64,000 nt of DNA from Octopus sinensis. Its lineage: Eukaryota. The notes under the pieces are model-generated. The model had not been told where the DNA came from and made no database searches. It saw only the letters and a program-made list of their open reading frames with translations. The position numbers and the translations under genes were made by a program. Where the stretch lies: the NCBI RefSeq assembly GCF_006345805.1, contig NC_043015.1, forward strand, positions 49,600,001 through 49,664,000. The letters run 5' to 3'. Shown piece by piece: positions 52,209 to 64,000 of this stretch (its first letter is position 1; each line of letters opens with the position of its first letter).

Positions 52209-53282
52209 TCCACTCCCTTCTCCAAGCCATTCGACTCCATCATTAATAGACATCACACCGCATCACCGTAGCTAGCGCGCTTATTGCATTGATCTTCCAT
52301 CATCTCAGTAGTGATTAGAATTGCACCAATAACAATAGTAGTCGTAATTGTAACAGAGCTGATGGTACCTCACGTGATGCAGTAGTAGTTGTAGTGATGG
52401 TGGTAATGAATTGTAGGATGAGGGTGATCAGGAAGTGGTGCTAGGTAACTTAGTTCCCTAATGCCGCTGTTAGGGTTATGATAATGGTGATGATTGTGAT
52501 AGTATTTATGGTGGTGGTTGTCGGAGGAAAGAGAAAAGCTATCATGTTGGTTACATATACATTCAAAAGCGATTAAAAAAATAGAGGAAAAAAACTAATT
52601 TTGATTTTATTTACGTTGATCTTGTCAAATGCCAAAGTCCTTGAACAATTAAACAGACTTTGTTTTTGTATTTGGTTTGTAAGATTTTCGATATAAAATC
52701 ATGTGTTGAAACCGGTGCGTGTGTTTATTTTAATCTTCATTGCCACAATGACCCTCTTCCTAGACACAACGAAATTAAATAAACATTTCAATTATAATGT
52801 GCAAACGGTAATATGCTAATATAGCACTGCAAGCAGATATATGCCAGCATGGAAAACGGTCGTTAAATGATGATGATGATGTGTGTATGCTGTATTTAGA
52901 TTTTGTAGTGAATACACACACATAATGTGTCTCGAGGTGTTTTCATGGCGTCAGCTGTCAGTTATTGTTTTAAACAATTTTTTTTACATCATAAATTAAA
53001 ATAAGAATCTATAAATTAAATATTAATTCATTGATTTGACAATAATATTAATTTTTCACACAAGAATTTATCTTGTTGAACATTATTTAAAAATCATTCA
53101 GCGTTGACTTACATTTAGTTGTTCATAAATCTATTGCTTGCTTCTATCGCTTTGAAAATACCGCTTATCGATGCTGCCGGCACAAGGTGATATTCTCGGC
53201 GCTTCTTGCGTCTTGCGCGGGCTAAAAAATCTGAAATATCTCCTTATATGTACACAAGGAACCCACTTAGTGGTCTCTCTTA

Positions 53283-53316
<34 letters not shown>

Positions 53317-54104
53317 CTGTGTGCGTGTTGCTTACGTGATAAGAAGGTAGAAGCTTGGAGAAATATGAAATAGCTCATTCTTAATGACAGGACTTGAAGT
53401 AGATAAAGCTATAAATAGTTGCTTGCAGAATATTGGGTTTCAAATAAACATGTACCTTTCGAACTTTTCCAGCCAAGGCGTTCGAAACGCTGTTGTTTAT
53501 AGCTTTATCTTCTTCGAGTTCCACTGCGAAGAACGATGTGCGTGTGTGCCACCCTCGTCACATCGTTCGTGTGCCTCAGTTTGTTTGCGCTCGTCACTGC
53601 TCACTTTCCCGCCTTTACATATGTGTTAAGTAAGAAACTTCCTCACTTGCGGAACGGTTAAGGGTTAACGACAGGAAGAGCATCCGTCTGTAAAACAATG
53701 CCTTAATAATAATAATAATAATAATATATTTGCAATATGTGTAACCCGTGCAAGCATGAAGAAAATGGAAGTAAAACGAAAGAACGAGTGTGGATATGTA
53801 CGCATGCGTGTTTCATATTTTAAGCATTATAGATTGTAACCGTCTATACTGACTGGCCACCTGCCTGATAACCGAGTTTATTAAAGAATATGTCTGTAAC
53901 TACGCTTGTCTGGGTGTGTAAAAGTACGCGTGAGTGTTTGTGTGTGTATGTATGTATGTATGTGTGTGTGCGTGTGTACGTGTTTGTGGAATGCCATCGT
54001 ATGCCGGATTTCACCCTCAGTAACAAATTAGTTCGTTTTTCTCGAGTGAAATTTGTTACTTCCTTGGAATGTGTAATTTTTTTTTATTATTACACACACA
54101 CACA

Positions 54105-54159
<55 letters not shown>

Positions 54160-54301
54160 TCTCCCTCCCCCTCTCTCTCTCTCTTTTATTTCATACGATA
54201 ATTTTGGAGGAAGTTTATGAGTTCTGCGAATTATGCAAGGCGTTCTCTAAATCTAAATATAACAATATATATGTGTCTGTATATATCTATTACATTACAT
54301 T

Positions 54302-54332
<31 letters not shown>

Positions 54333-54729
54333 GTAGAAATATGTTACAAAAAGAATATATATATATATATTGTTAGCTTTCTAAACTGCTGGGATTCTCT
54401 TTATATATTATTATTATTATTAGATATCTCTCGATTCTTCTCCTTACACATTAGTCTTAAGTCAGGTAGCCATGCATGAAATTCATTTCATCACATTGTG
54501 ACAAATTTCACAGTTTACCGTAGCGGTTGGGCGGTTGTCTTTCTTTATATTTTTTGTACCTGAGCAGAGAGACAGACATGAATGACAAGCCATGCCTAAG
54601 CGGTGCTATTTATTTTTATTAATCCAGCTCTTTGTGTTCGTCAGCGATGACAACGTATTTTGTTTCTATGTTGTGTGTGTCGGTATGCGTGTTAAAATGT
54701 CCGCCTTTTTATAATGTCGTCAAAAGTTA

Positions 54730-55153
54730 GGATCTTTTCGGTTTGACCGGCAGTTTTTAAAAATAATTTCCACGTAACTTAAACACTTTTAAACTTCCTA
54801 TACTGGTAGAATGTCTTTATAAAACATCTTTTTCTCTGGGCTTTATTCAGAAAATTCTACAGTTTGTAAGATATTCGTTGTTGTTTTTTCTTCAATTTCT
54901 GCAATTTCAGACAATCAATGACGTCTATTGAGGTGAAAACATTCTGTGCCGTATGAATATGTCCCTCGTTTAAGAATCAGATTGGGTTTATTTACATTTG
55001 TGAAGAAAAAAAGATACCCTTCCCCCTAACCCTAACTAACCCAAACCCTAAAACAGATTGAAATGCAATAGATCGATACTAGGGTCATAATTATGGGTGA
55101 CAATTTCATATGACACCGCTAGAAAAAAACTGCCGTTCAAACCGAAAAGATCC
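54730..55153 (+). mobile_element. Merlin-type MITE copy 3
   Basis: TIR GGATCTTTTCGGTTTGA...; perfect 8-bp TSD AAAAGTTA 54722-54729 and 55154-55161. Confidence 0.9.
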
Positions 55154-55428
55154 AAAAGTTACACGGACATACTCAAGTTCATTCTCTCTTTTTTCTTATC
55201 TCACTTTTTCTCTCTTCGACCCTCTTTCCTTCCTCTTAACATCGAGAGCTGCAAAACCTTATTGGCCAGTATCATTCGTTTATATCAGTTCTGATCCTTA
55301 GGTTGAAGGGGCGGGGGTCCATATAAGATCTTGTTAAAATTTGTGCAACAAATTGGTTTAATTTTTTTCAATACACAAAATATTTCAATCTTTTTTTTTT
55401 TTTTTAATATTTTCTCAATAATATTCAA

Positions 55429-55749
55429 TGGCATCTTGGGCAAGTGTCTTCTGCTATAGCCCCGGGCCGACCAATGCCTTGTGAGTGGATTTGGTAGACG
55501 GAAACTGAAAGAAGCCTGTCGTATATATGTATGTGTATGTTTGTGTGTCTGTGTTTGTCCTCCTAGCATTGCTTGACAACCGATGCTGGTGTGTTTACGT
55601 TCCCGTCACTTAGCGGTTCGCCAAAGACACCGATCGAATAAGTACTGGGCTTACAAAGAATAAGTCCCGGGGTCGATTTGCTCGACTAAAAGGCGGTGCT
55701 CCAGCATGGCCGCAGTCAAATGACTGAAACAAGTAAAAGGAGTAAAGGG
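55429..55749 (+). mobile_element. SINE family B (young subfamily), 5'-truncated
   Basis: Homology. Confidence 0.88.
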
Positions 55750-55767
55750 TAACAAAAATACAGTAGG

Positions 55768-55804
<37 letters not shown>

Positions 55805-55837
55805 CTCCGTCTTCCTTTTCTATTGGACTTTCCTCTA

Positions 55838-55870
55838 TTTCTGAAGAAGAGCTTTGCTCGAAACGTCAAA
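55838..55870 (+). ncRNA. Minimal hammerhead ribozyme motif, family H1 (intact core)
   Basis: UUU-CUGAAGA-A-GAGC-UUU-GCUC-GAAAC-GUC-AAA; downstream sequence homologous to the 14095-14150 pLTR. Confidence 0.7.
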
Positions 55871-56744
55871 CCACCTTACTTTCCTTCCCTGAGCGTCTGC
55901 TAATACTTTACATGTACCACGTCCTCGTGTTGTTGTTGTTTTCTTGTATTTGCTCTTCGTTTTGGAGCGGGGGAGGATTTGCTATATATGATAAACCGGG
56001 TTACGGTCAACAAACTGTTTCTTTAAGAATATTGTCTGTTGAAGAACGGCAAAGGTGTATATAAATCTACCTCTCACTGCTGCCTAGCTTAATATTTTAC
56101 GCATCAGTGTAACCACATATATCTAAACCTACAACCTAAATATTTCGGATTAGTCATCGATGTAGAGCGGAAAGGAGGCTTTCAATGTCATAGGACAACC
56201 ATTATTTTAGAAATGCCAAGTCATGCGTAAGACTTTTTTCTTTTTTTCGGTTTTGATTTTTTTTTTAATCGACCCAGATTTCAACAGACCTAGATTTTGA
56301 TGTCTATGTTACGATACCACGGAAAGGACTCTACGTAGCAACACAAGCTGCTAGAAAGGAAAGAAAAAACTCTTTATTTGAAGCAAATTTTTTCATTTCT
56401 ATAATTACGGTGCAGCGAAATAGGCTCTATGTAGCCACTTCAATTGCTAGAAGAAGCACCCATCTCTCTCAAACCGTGACTTTATAAATAACGGATGTAC
56501 ATTCAACAGTAGGACAATGTCGTTATTTACACACACACACACACACACACCACACACGCACACACACACAGTAGGGATGGATCGCAGATCTCGACAAATA
56601 AACGTGGAAGCACTCCCGCGTATCCTTGAATAACAGATCACTTCAAATGAAAGAATAGTCACATGTTCCTGTTTACTATTACACATACACACATACGTAT
56701 CTATATATGTGTGTATATGCATATATGTAATAAATATATATATA

Positions 56745-56958
56745 GGCGAGCTGTCAGAAACGTTAGCACGCCGGGCGAAATGCGTTGCCGTTACGTTCCG
56801 AGTTCAAATTCCGCCGAGGTCGACTTTGCCTTTCATCCTTCCGGGGTCGATAAATTAAGTACCAGTTACGCACTGGGGTCGATGTAATCGACTTAATCCG
56901 TTTGTCTGTCCTTGTTAGTCTCCTCTGTGTTTAGCCCTTTGTTGGTAGTAAAGAAATA
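56745..56958 (+). mobile_element. SINE family A monomer
   Basis: Homology. Confidence 0.88.
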
Positions 56959-58204
56959 AATATATATATATTAGCAGTGTTGTTAAAGTGTTGAAAATAA
57001 ATTACTTGTGGTAGTTGATCCGGCTCTCTACGTTCCGGTTTCAAACCACGCCTCTACTTCAAAACAGTTGAAGGTTGGTGACTAGAAGAGAATCCAGAAT
57101 TAGAAAATTCGCCTCTACAAATTCCGCGACCTAATTTCGATGTTTTCAGTGAGGTTTTGCAATGTTCATGGCTTTGCCCAAAGCGTCAGCTTTTTAAGTT
57201 AAAAGAAAATATCTGCTCCACCTTGGGAGATAAGATCTGATTGTAATTCGATCTTGCTTGTGGTCCTCTGCCGGTACAATGAGCTTTTTCTTTTATTCAT
57301 ACACTCAATTAGTTATTCATTTATTGTTACTCGATACTTTATATTTTTCTCTGGGTGGGGCGAGTTGAAGGAACTTGACACCGAGGCCGCTTTGTGTGGA
57401 TTTAACTTTAATACAAGTGAAATGTAGTTTCATTTGAAAAATGGAAAATGAAAGCTAAAAAGTTTAAGAAACAGGTCACGGACAAAATTAAAGAGTTCCA
57501 AAGTGTTCTGCACCCAAATGTTGATTCTCTCTTGAAATTCCTTTCACTTCCGGTTACATCATTAATCCCATCCTGGTCTGCTTTTGACACTTACGAATCT
57601 TTCTGTCTCATCTTTACAAATCACGCCGCTTGCGATTGACAGTCTTGCCTTCGAAACACGCTTGAGTCTAACTAGCGACAGCTGATGACGGTGGATTTTT
57701 CCCTATGTAGCTTGTCCTGTACTTGTTTTGTTGTTGTAAATTTTTGTTTTTCCCGTTTCTACGTCTTGTTGTGGTGTCCTGTACTCACGTATATTTACTT
57801 ATATATGCATGTATATATACATGTAGATGTAGGTACGTACATATGTTTGTATGTATGCATATATTTCTATTTATTTTATATATATATATATATTGAAATT
57901 GAAGCTGAGAGTGCCTCTCAACTCTAGATATATGTGTGTGTGTGTGTGTATGTATGTATATTTATCAAAATAAGCAACAAGGATCTCTGGATATCCGTGT
58001 TGCTTGTTTTGATTTTAATCACCTTATTTTGAAATTGTATGAATAATACCGTACTAAATTCTGGTGCTTCAACTTAAGTACCTAATTCATCTGAATCTAA
58101 ATTTTGCTACGTATGTACGCATGTATGTATGTATATTTACTTGATAATTATGAAAACTCGTGCAGTCCTCTCTAGATATATGGGGGTCCTTTATCTATTC
58201 ACGC

Positions 58205-58398
58205 ATTGTTCAAGCCTTCGCATGACCTCTGTAGCCATAGCTCATATTTCACTGCCACGAAGCATAATTGCACATTTATAGGCATCATACGATCTGACTT
58301 TCACTCTTAGGGAAAGGCCGTTTGTCATCAACAAAGATGGTGGCTCTCTGAAATTTGCCCAGCATGTTCTCATTCTAGCAGCTAGGCTTTCACAACAG
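58205..58398 (-). mobile_element. RTE-clade LINE ORF relic
   Basis: CCESLAARMRTCWANFRE...LSLRVKVRSYDAYKCAIMLRGSEI*AMATEVMRRLE resembles the RTE post-RT motif (LYGSETW...MRRLE). Confidence 0.8.
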
Positions 58399-58527
58399 GC
58401 TCGTTTCATTTTCAGTCTACCAAATCCATTCGCAAGTCTTTGGTCGGTCTGAGGCTAAAGTAGAAGAAACTTGTCCAAGGTGCCACGCAGTGGGACTTAA
58501 CCCGGAACCCTGTTGTTGAGAAGGAAA

Positions 58528-58752
58528 CTTCTTATTTCTTTATTGCCCACGAGGGGCTAAACACAGAGGAGACAAACAAGGACATACAAACGGATTAAGT
58601 CGATTATATCGACCCCTGTGCGTAACTGTCACTTAATTTATCGATCCCGAAAAGATGAAAGGCAAAGTGGACCTCGGCGGAATTTGAACTCAGAACGTAA
58701 CAGAAGACGAAATACCGCTGAGCATTTCGCCCGGCGTGCTAACGTTTCTTGC
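58528..58752 (-). mobile_element. SINE family A monomer, adjoining a SINE B fragment (58405-58520)
   Basis: Homology. Confidence 0.85.
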
Positions 58753-59963
58753 CATACAGCCACACCCGCGCCTGCATATAATATGCATAGTGGATTCATG
58801 TCAAGAATATCTTTCCGTAAAATGCAGACATCATCTCCGAGAAGGACCGTATTTTAAAAGCACTTCAAGACCTTTGGCTTTCACGAACAGAAAACGCTTT
58901 TAAACAATGAAGTTTCATGGTCTGAGGTCGGCCTTCGTGTCGGTCAGTTGGTTTTGAACTATTGCCGACATTCTCTTTTTCACCTTGCTGTGTCAGTCGG
59001 CGGAGAGTAAGTAGATTCAGTCCTTAACCGGCTCGATCAACTAACTCATTGAATTGATTTATCCTCCTTCATTCTTTCCTTCCATCCTTCCTTTCCCGCT
59101 CCACAGAGAAAACCCTCTCCCTACAAACACTCCGCCGTTGTTGAACTTATATCCACTGAATATAGCGTATTAGTCACGTTTAATCACATCGTCTGCAGTA
59201 GGCAGGTTGGTCGTTCTGTTGGTTGTTTTGTTATGTTCCTTCGTTTTTTTTTTATTAATGTTTGTTATCGTTGATAACCGCGCTTCGTGAGGAAGGAAGG
59301 GAGCTCATTTGATGTTACTTCTCCAATGGTGAAATATTCGTGGGCATTTTCACAGGGTGCACTTGATTCTTGAATTCTCATTGTTTATACAGCATTTCCA
59401 GACGCGATCTGATCCCTAAACTACTGCTGCTGCTGCTGCCGCCCTGATGGGGTTGCTGTTTTTGTGGGGAGTAAAACAAATGGATACTAGCTGTGGTTTA
59501 TTCGAAGTTATAAATGGGGTACGTGTGCGTGTGAATATGTGTGTAGATGTATGTGTATATGAATATATATATATATATAATAATAAATATTAGGGAATAA
59601 TCCAAATTTACAGGGAAAAAATCAGATTAGGATTAAATCCAATTTTATAGTAAAATATTATAAAATATTATTAGAGACAAAACCACTATTTTGCAAAACA
59701 CAAGGAAAGACTTAATCAATACATAAAATTTTAAATATAGTCAAAAAAACCGCCACTACAATTGTTACTTGTCTTGATCGACAATCTTCAGGTGGACTTA
59801 AGTCAGTTCAAATTTGAAACTGACTATTGGAAGTCCACCTGAAGATTGTCGATCAAGACAAGTACAAATTGTAGTGGCGGTTTTTTTGACTATTTATTCT
59901 AATTTATGTATTGATTAGTCTTCCTTGTTTGTTTTGCAAAATAGTGGTTTTGTCTCTAATAAT

Positions 59964-59999
<36 letters not shown>

Positions 60000-60090
60000 A
60001 AATATTATTTGAGACAAAACCACTATTTTGCAAAACAAACAAGGAAAGACTTAATCAATACATAAAATTTAATAATAGTCAAAAAAACCG

Positions 60091-60133
60091 CCACTACAAT
60101 CGTTTCTTGTCTTGATCGACAATCTTCAGGTGG
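60091..60133 (-). ncRNA. Type I minimal hammerhead ribozyme, family H3 (best copy)
   Basis: CCAC-CUGAAGA-UUGUC-GAUCAA-GACAA-GAAAC-GAUU-GUA-GUGG: all core nucleotides present, 4-bp stem I, 5-bp stem II, self-complementary ACGAUUGU. Confidence 0.85.
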
Positions 60134-60165
60134 ACTTCCAATAATTCAGTTACAAATTATGAAGT

Positions 60166-60207
60166 CCACCTGAAGATTGTCGATCAAGACAAGAAACTTT
60201 GTAGTGG
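60166..60207 (+). ncRNA. Type I minimal hammerhead ribozyme, family H3
   Basis: CCAC-CUGAAGA-UUGUC-GAUCAA-GACAA-GAAAC-UUU-GUA-GUGG. Confidence 0.8.
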
Positions 60208-60431
60208 CGGTTTTTTTGACTATTTATTAAAATTTTATGTATTGATTAAGTCTTTCCTTGTTTGTTTTGCAAAATAGTGGTTTTGTCTCAAATAATATTT
60301 TATAATATTTTACTATAAAATTTGATTTAATCCTAAATCTGATTTTTTTTCCTGTAAATTTGGATATATTCCCTTATATTTATATGTATGCATTTATATG
60401 TATGCATTTATATATATGTGTACGTGTGTAT

Positions 60432-60470
<39 letters not shown>

Positions 60471-60706
60471 GTGTGTATATTATGTATGTTTATATATATA
60501 TATATATATATACACACAAACACATATACGTATTTGTGTGTATATGTATGTTTTCATATATTTACTATGTGTTTATATATATATGTGTGTGTGCGTGTGT
60601 ATATGATATATATATGTGTATATTATATATATATATGGGTTTTTATTTACTTAGATATATACATGTTTGTGTGTGCGTGCGTGCATATATCTATTCCCAG
60701 CTCCCC

Positions 60707-60737
<31 letters not shown>

Positions 60738-61228
60738 CCACGCTGACTAGTAGTAGTAGTAGTAGTATTATATTTCACATCAACATCAAATACTTCTGTC
60801 GCACATCCGGTCAGCGTGCCGAAATAAACGTATAAAAATCCATGAAATAACGTCACTAGAATTACACTTCCGGTTGGCTGCGATTTCACTTAAAACCCAG
60901 ACGTTATTAACATCCGCGTCTCAGTTTTAGTAACAGTCGTCAGAAGAAAGTCTTAGAATTATTGCTCAACCCGATTGTTCATTATTCAGTCTTATGTAGA
61001 TTTACTTGTATTTTGTGTTGTTTTTTCACAATTTTTCTCTTAGTTTTTATCAACGTGATATTCTTATTGTTTAGGAGGAAATAGGAGACGACAGCCGGGG
61101 CTATCTTTAATATCGTTATTTATATTTATTTTTCTTATGGCTCCGTGGAAAGAAAGTATTTCTTGTGCCTGGACAAGCGAACATGGGTTTTCAGTCTCTT
61201 TCTTCACAGTTTTTGTTACTCTCTTTGC

Positions 61229-61426
61229 TCTCTTTTACTTGTTTCAGTCATTTGACTGCGGCCATGCCGGAGCACCACCTTTAGTCGAGCAAATCGACCC
61301 CGGGACTTATTCTTTGTAAGCCCAGTACTTATTCTATCGGTCTCTTTTTGCCGAATCGCTAAGTGACGGGAACGTAAACACACCAGCTGGTTAGCAAGCT
61401 ACTTACCACACAGCCACTCCTGCGCC
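61229..61426 (-). mobile_element. SINE family B with internal deletion
   Basis: Homology. Confidence 0.85.
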
Positions 61427-61660
61427 TATATATATATATGTAATCAGAAATATTAAATATCTCATAGAGATATGTGTGGTGGTGGAGCGATAGAATGGTT
61501 GTATACTGTCAACTTAACGTGACTGTCCCGTAAGGGAATTACCACACCGCTATTTAGCCCTGGGAAGCATCGACGCTTCCTGTCGGCCTTGACACATTTG
61601 CTGCGTCCTTATATATTTGCGAAGGGGAGACAAACACCCCCAACAGCTAGGCCTGCATCT

Positions 61661-61700
61661 AGATACATGCATGTTTCAGGGTCTTGCCCATCATCAGTCT
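61661..61700 (-). ncRNA. Minimal hammerhead ribozyme motif, family H6
   Basis: AGA-CUGAUGA-UGGG-CAAGA-CCCU-GAAAC-AUGCAU-GUA-UCU; palindromic ACAUGCAUGU; lies within the 61663-61730 fold-back. Confidence 0.72.
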
Positions 61701-61731
61701 GATGGGCAAGACCCTGAAACATGCATGTATG

Positions 61732-61765
<34 letters not shown>

Positions 61766-61962
61766 TGAATATTAACAAGTGAATCAATGGTATCTTTTCA
61801 TTTGTCTTGCTCATTTTTACATTTTGGCATTTTGCTGAGATTTTTTCTTGAGAACACATTCTCCGTGGTAATGGCGATTTGACGTCTATGTTTAGCATAT
61901 AGGGTGTCCACTTTAGTGGTCATTCCTCTTAATTTTGTGTGTGTGTGTATATATATATATAT

Positions 61963-62376
61963 ACTCTTATTCGTTTCAGTCATATTACTGTGACCATGCT
62001 GGAGCATCGCCTTTAGTCGAGCAAATCGACCCCAGGACTTATTCTTTGTAAGCCTAGTACTTATTCTATCGGTGTATTTTGCCGAACCGCTAGGTTACGG
62101 GGACGTAAACACACCACCATCGGTTGTCAAGCGATGTTGGAGGGATAGACACGGACACACAAACACGCACACATATACATATGCGTATATATACGACGGT
62201 CTTCTTTCAATTTCCGTCTACCAAATCCACTCACAAGGCTTTGGTCGGCCCGAGGCTATAGTAGAAGACTCTTGCCCAAGGTATCACGCTGTGGGACTGA
62301 ACTCGGAACCATGTGGGACTGAACTCGGAGCCATGTGGTTGGTAAGCAAGCTACTTACCACACAGCCACTCCTACG
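61963..62376 (-). mobile_element. SINE family B
   Basis: Homology. Confidence 0.88.
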
Positions 62377-62892
62377 TTATATATAATGTAAAAGCGGGGG
62401 AAACACGAAATCAAAAGCAAGCTGTGAAAGCTAGAGATTAGAGAGAGAGAGACAGGCATTTTTGAAATTTATTACTTCTCCCAGTTAGTGAAATAGGTCG
62501 CACCGACCTCTGCCACCAAACACGCTACATCGCTAATTTCCGTAGCACCCTGACACCAATCGCATCATCGTTGTCATCACCACCATCACCACCATCATCT
62601 TCGTCGTTGTTATTCATCAGCAGTCGAACTAGCATTGACTACTCTTATGGCCATTGTCGAACTTGGTAAAACGAGAGGTAAAAAACCCCTGGTGTTTCCA
62701 CGTTTGGAGGGTACTACTAGCGAACAGTGGTCCCGGTGCGCGCATCCGCGCTAGCTAGACGTAAGTAGTCGATCCTACAACGACTTGCGCGTATGTTTGT
62801 ATTTCAAGGCTGAATACATATCAAAGAAAATGAAATAATATTTTTTCGGACAAAGTAAATAAAACGCAAGGTAAATAATTTTTAAAACTAAG

Positions 62893-63166
62893 TGTGGATT
62901 TGGTTGACGGAAACTGAAAGAAGCCCGTCGTATATATATATGTGTGTGTGTGTGTATGTATGTGTGTCTGTGTTTGTCCCCCCCAACATCGCTTGACAAC
63001 CGATGCTGGTGCGTTTACGTCCCCGTACGTAACATTAGCAGTTCGGCAAAAGAGACCGATAGAATAAAGTACTAGGCTTACAAAGAATAAGTCCCTGGTG
63101 CGATTAGCTCGACTAAAGGCGGTGCTCCAGCATGGCCACAGTCAAATGACTGAAACAAGTAAAAGA

Positions 63167-63168
<2 letters not shown>
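62893..63168 (+). mobile_element. SINE family B, 5'-truncated
   Basis: Homology. Confidence 0.88.
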
Positions 63169-63215
<47 letters not shown>

Positions 63216-63521
63216 ATAATGTTTCGTAAGCTCACCATATTTGATTTATGACTATATTATTGCACGGCGTTTTGTAGATCTAACACCCGACTGTGATCTG
63301 AGTTAAATAACAAGACTGTGTCTATGTAGGCCACTTATTATCGGCATTTCCACCGCAATAAATAGTATGTTAATGACGAGTGAATGGGTGGTGGTGATGG
63401 GGTCATGGTGAGTGAGAGAGTGCTGAACGATAAACGATTTTTTTTTTTTTAAGCTTAAACTATGACTCACTAATCAGTTTAACTTTTGGGCAAGAGTAGT
63501 CACGAAATTCGCTCTTCAGAT

Positions 63522-63958
63522 ATAATAATAATAATAATAATTTATTCTTTTTATTGGCCACAAGGGCTGACACACAAGATTAGAAAACATAAAGGGACAA
63601 AACAGGTCGAAAGGTTACAAAGGGTTTTTGTCCGTTTGTGAAAAAATCGTGTAAAAACAGATTAGCAACGAAAGATTGTAACAATGAAAAAAGCTCCCAA
63701 TAGGGGGAGGCGCTTCGAAAGGTTCCTGGTGGAAAAAAAAAACCCATAAAAGCCAACGGGAGCCTGGTCAAGAAGGGGGGTAGAGAGTCCCTTTTCTCCT
63801 CTTATAGTACCTTTTTGAATCACAGGCGAAACCTGAGAACTGGTCCATTTATACTGGCCATTCTCGCACAATTCACCCACCTTTCAGAAAACTTGCTATC
63901 GGACAGCACTCTCCTCTCTAACCACATCTTCCTTTTCAAGTGAAACTTGAAAAAGTTA
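63522..63958 (-). mobile_element. L1/Tx1-like LINE 3' end (ORF2 C-terminus, 3'UTR, (TTA)n tail)
   Basis: FFKFHLKRKMWLERRVLSDSKFSERWVNCARMASINGPVLRFRL* (stop 63820-63822); the 3' terminus recurs at ~63965-64000. Confidence 0.7.
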
Positions 63959-64000
63959 ATAAATAATATTAATAATTAATTCGTTTATTGGCCACAAGGG

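Larger units (their letters stand above)
59584..60382. repeat. ~800-bp nested palindrome centred on (TA)n, with four hammerhead copies
   Basis: Outer arms TAAATATTAGGGAAT.../...ATTCCCTTATATTTA; two inner hairpins centred at ~59815 and ~60150. Confidence 0.9.

Noticed and set aside
57448-57639. 63-aa ORF MKAKKFKKQVTDKIKEF...
   Set aside because: Protein-like composition but no recognisable family or convincing splice sites; needs BLASTX/RNA-seq.
62640-62766. Exon-like CpG-rich stretch ending in AGAC|GTAAGT
   Set aside because: All three frames have stops shortly before the donor; unsupported as coding.

Overview
AT-rich, repeat-saturated eukaryotic DNA, most likely intronic/intergenic sequence from an octopus. 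This is inferred from the tRNA-headed SINE families, a mollusc-type 5S copy and the very long (TA)n/(CA)n/(TATC)n tracts. No intact host protein-coding gene can be supported; nearly all supplied ORFs are microsatellite or SINE read-throughs. Recognisable content: three abundant SINE families (A = Meta-domain-like, B = CORE-like, C = tRNA head with interchangeable 3' modules), a Tc1/mariner transposase relic, three Merlin-type MITEs with 8-bp TSDs, LINE relics (CR1-like, RTE, HERO/RLE-like, L1/Tx1), a Penelope-like GIY-YIG fragment and a solitary 5S rRNA pseudogene. The most notable signal is about a dozen minimal hammerhead-ribozyme motifs in six unrelated sequence families, mostly in short (TA)n-associated Penelope-type fragments. 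Three of these loci fold back at the ribozyme's 5' side, including an ~800-bp nested palindrome carrying four hammerhead copies, two per strand. Also notable: SINE-A concatemers sharing one exact junction at six loci, a 153-bp target-site-like duplication, and a stem-loop cassette array in an RTE-type 3' end. Coordinates were counted by hand (a few nt uncertainty); no database searches or folding programs were run.
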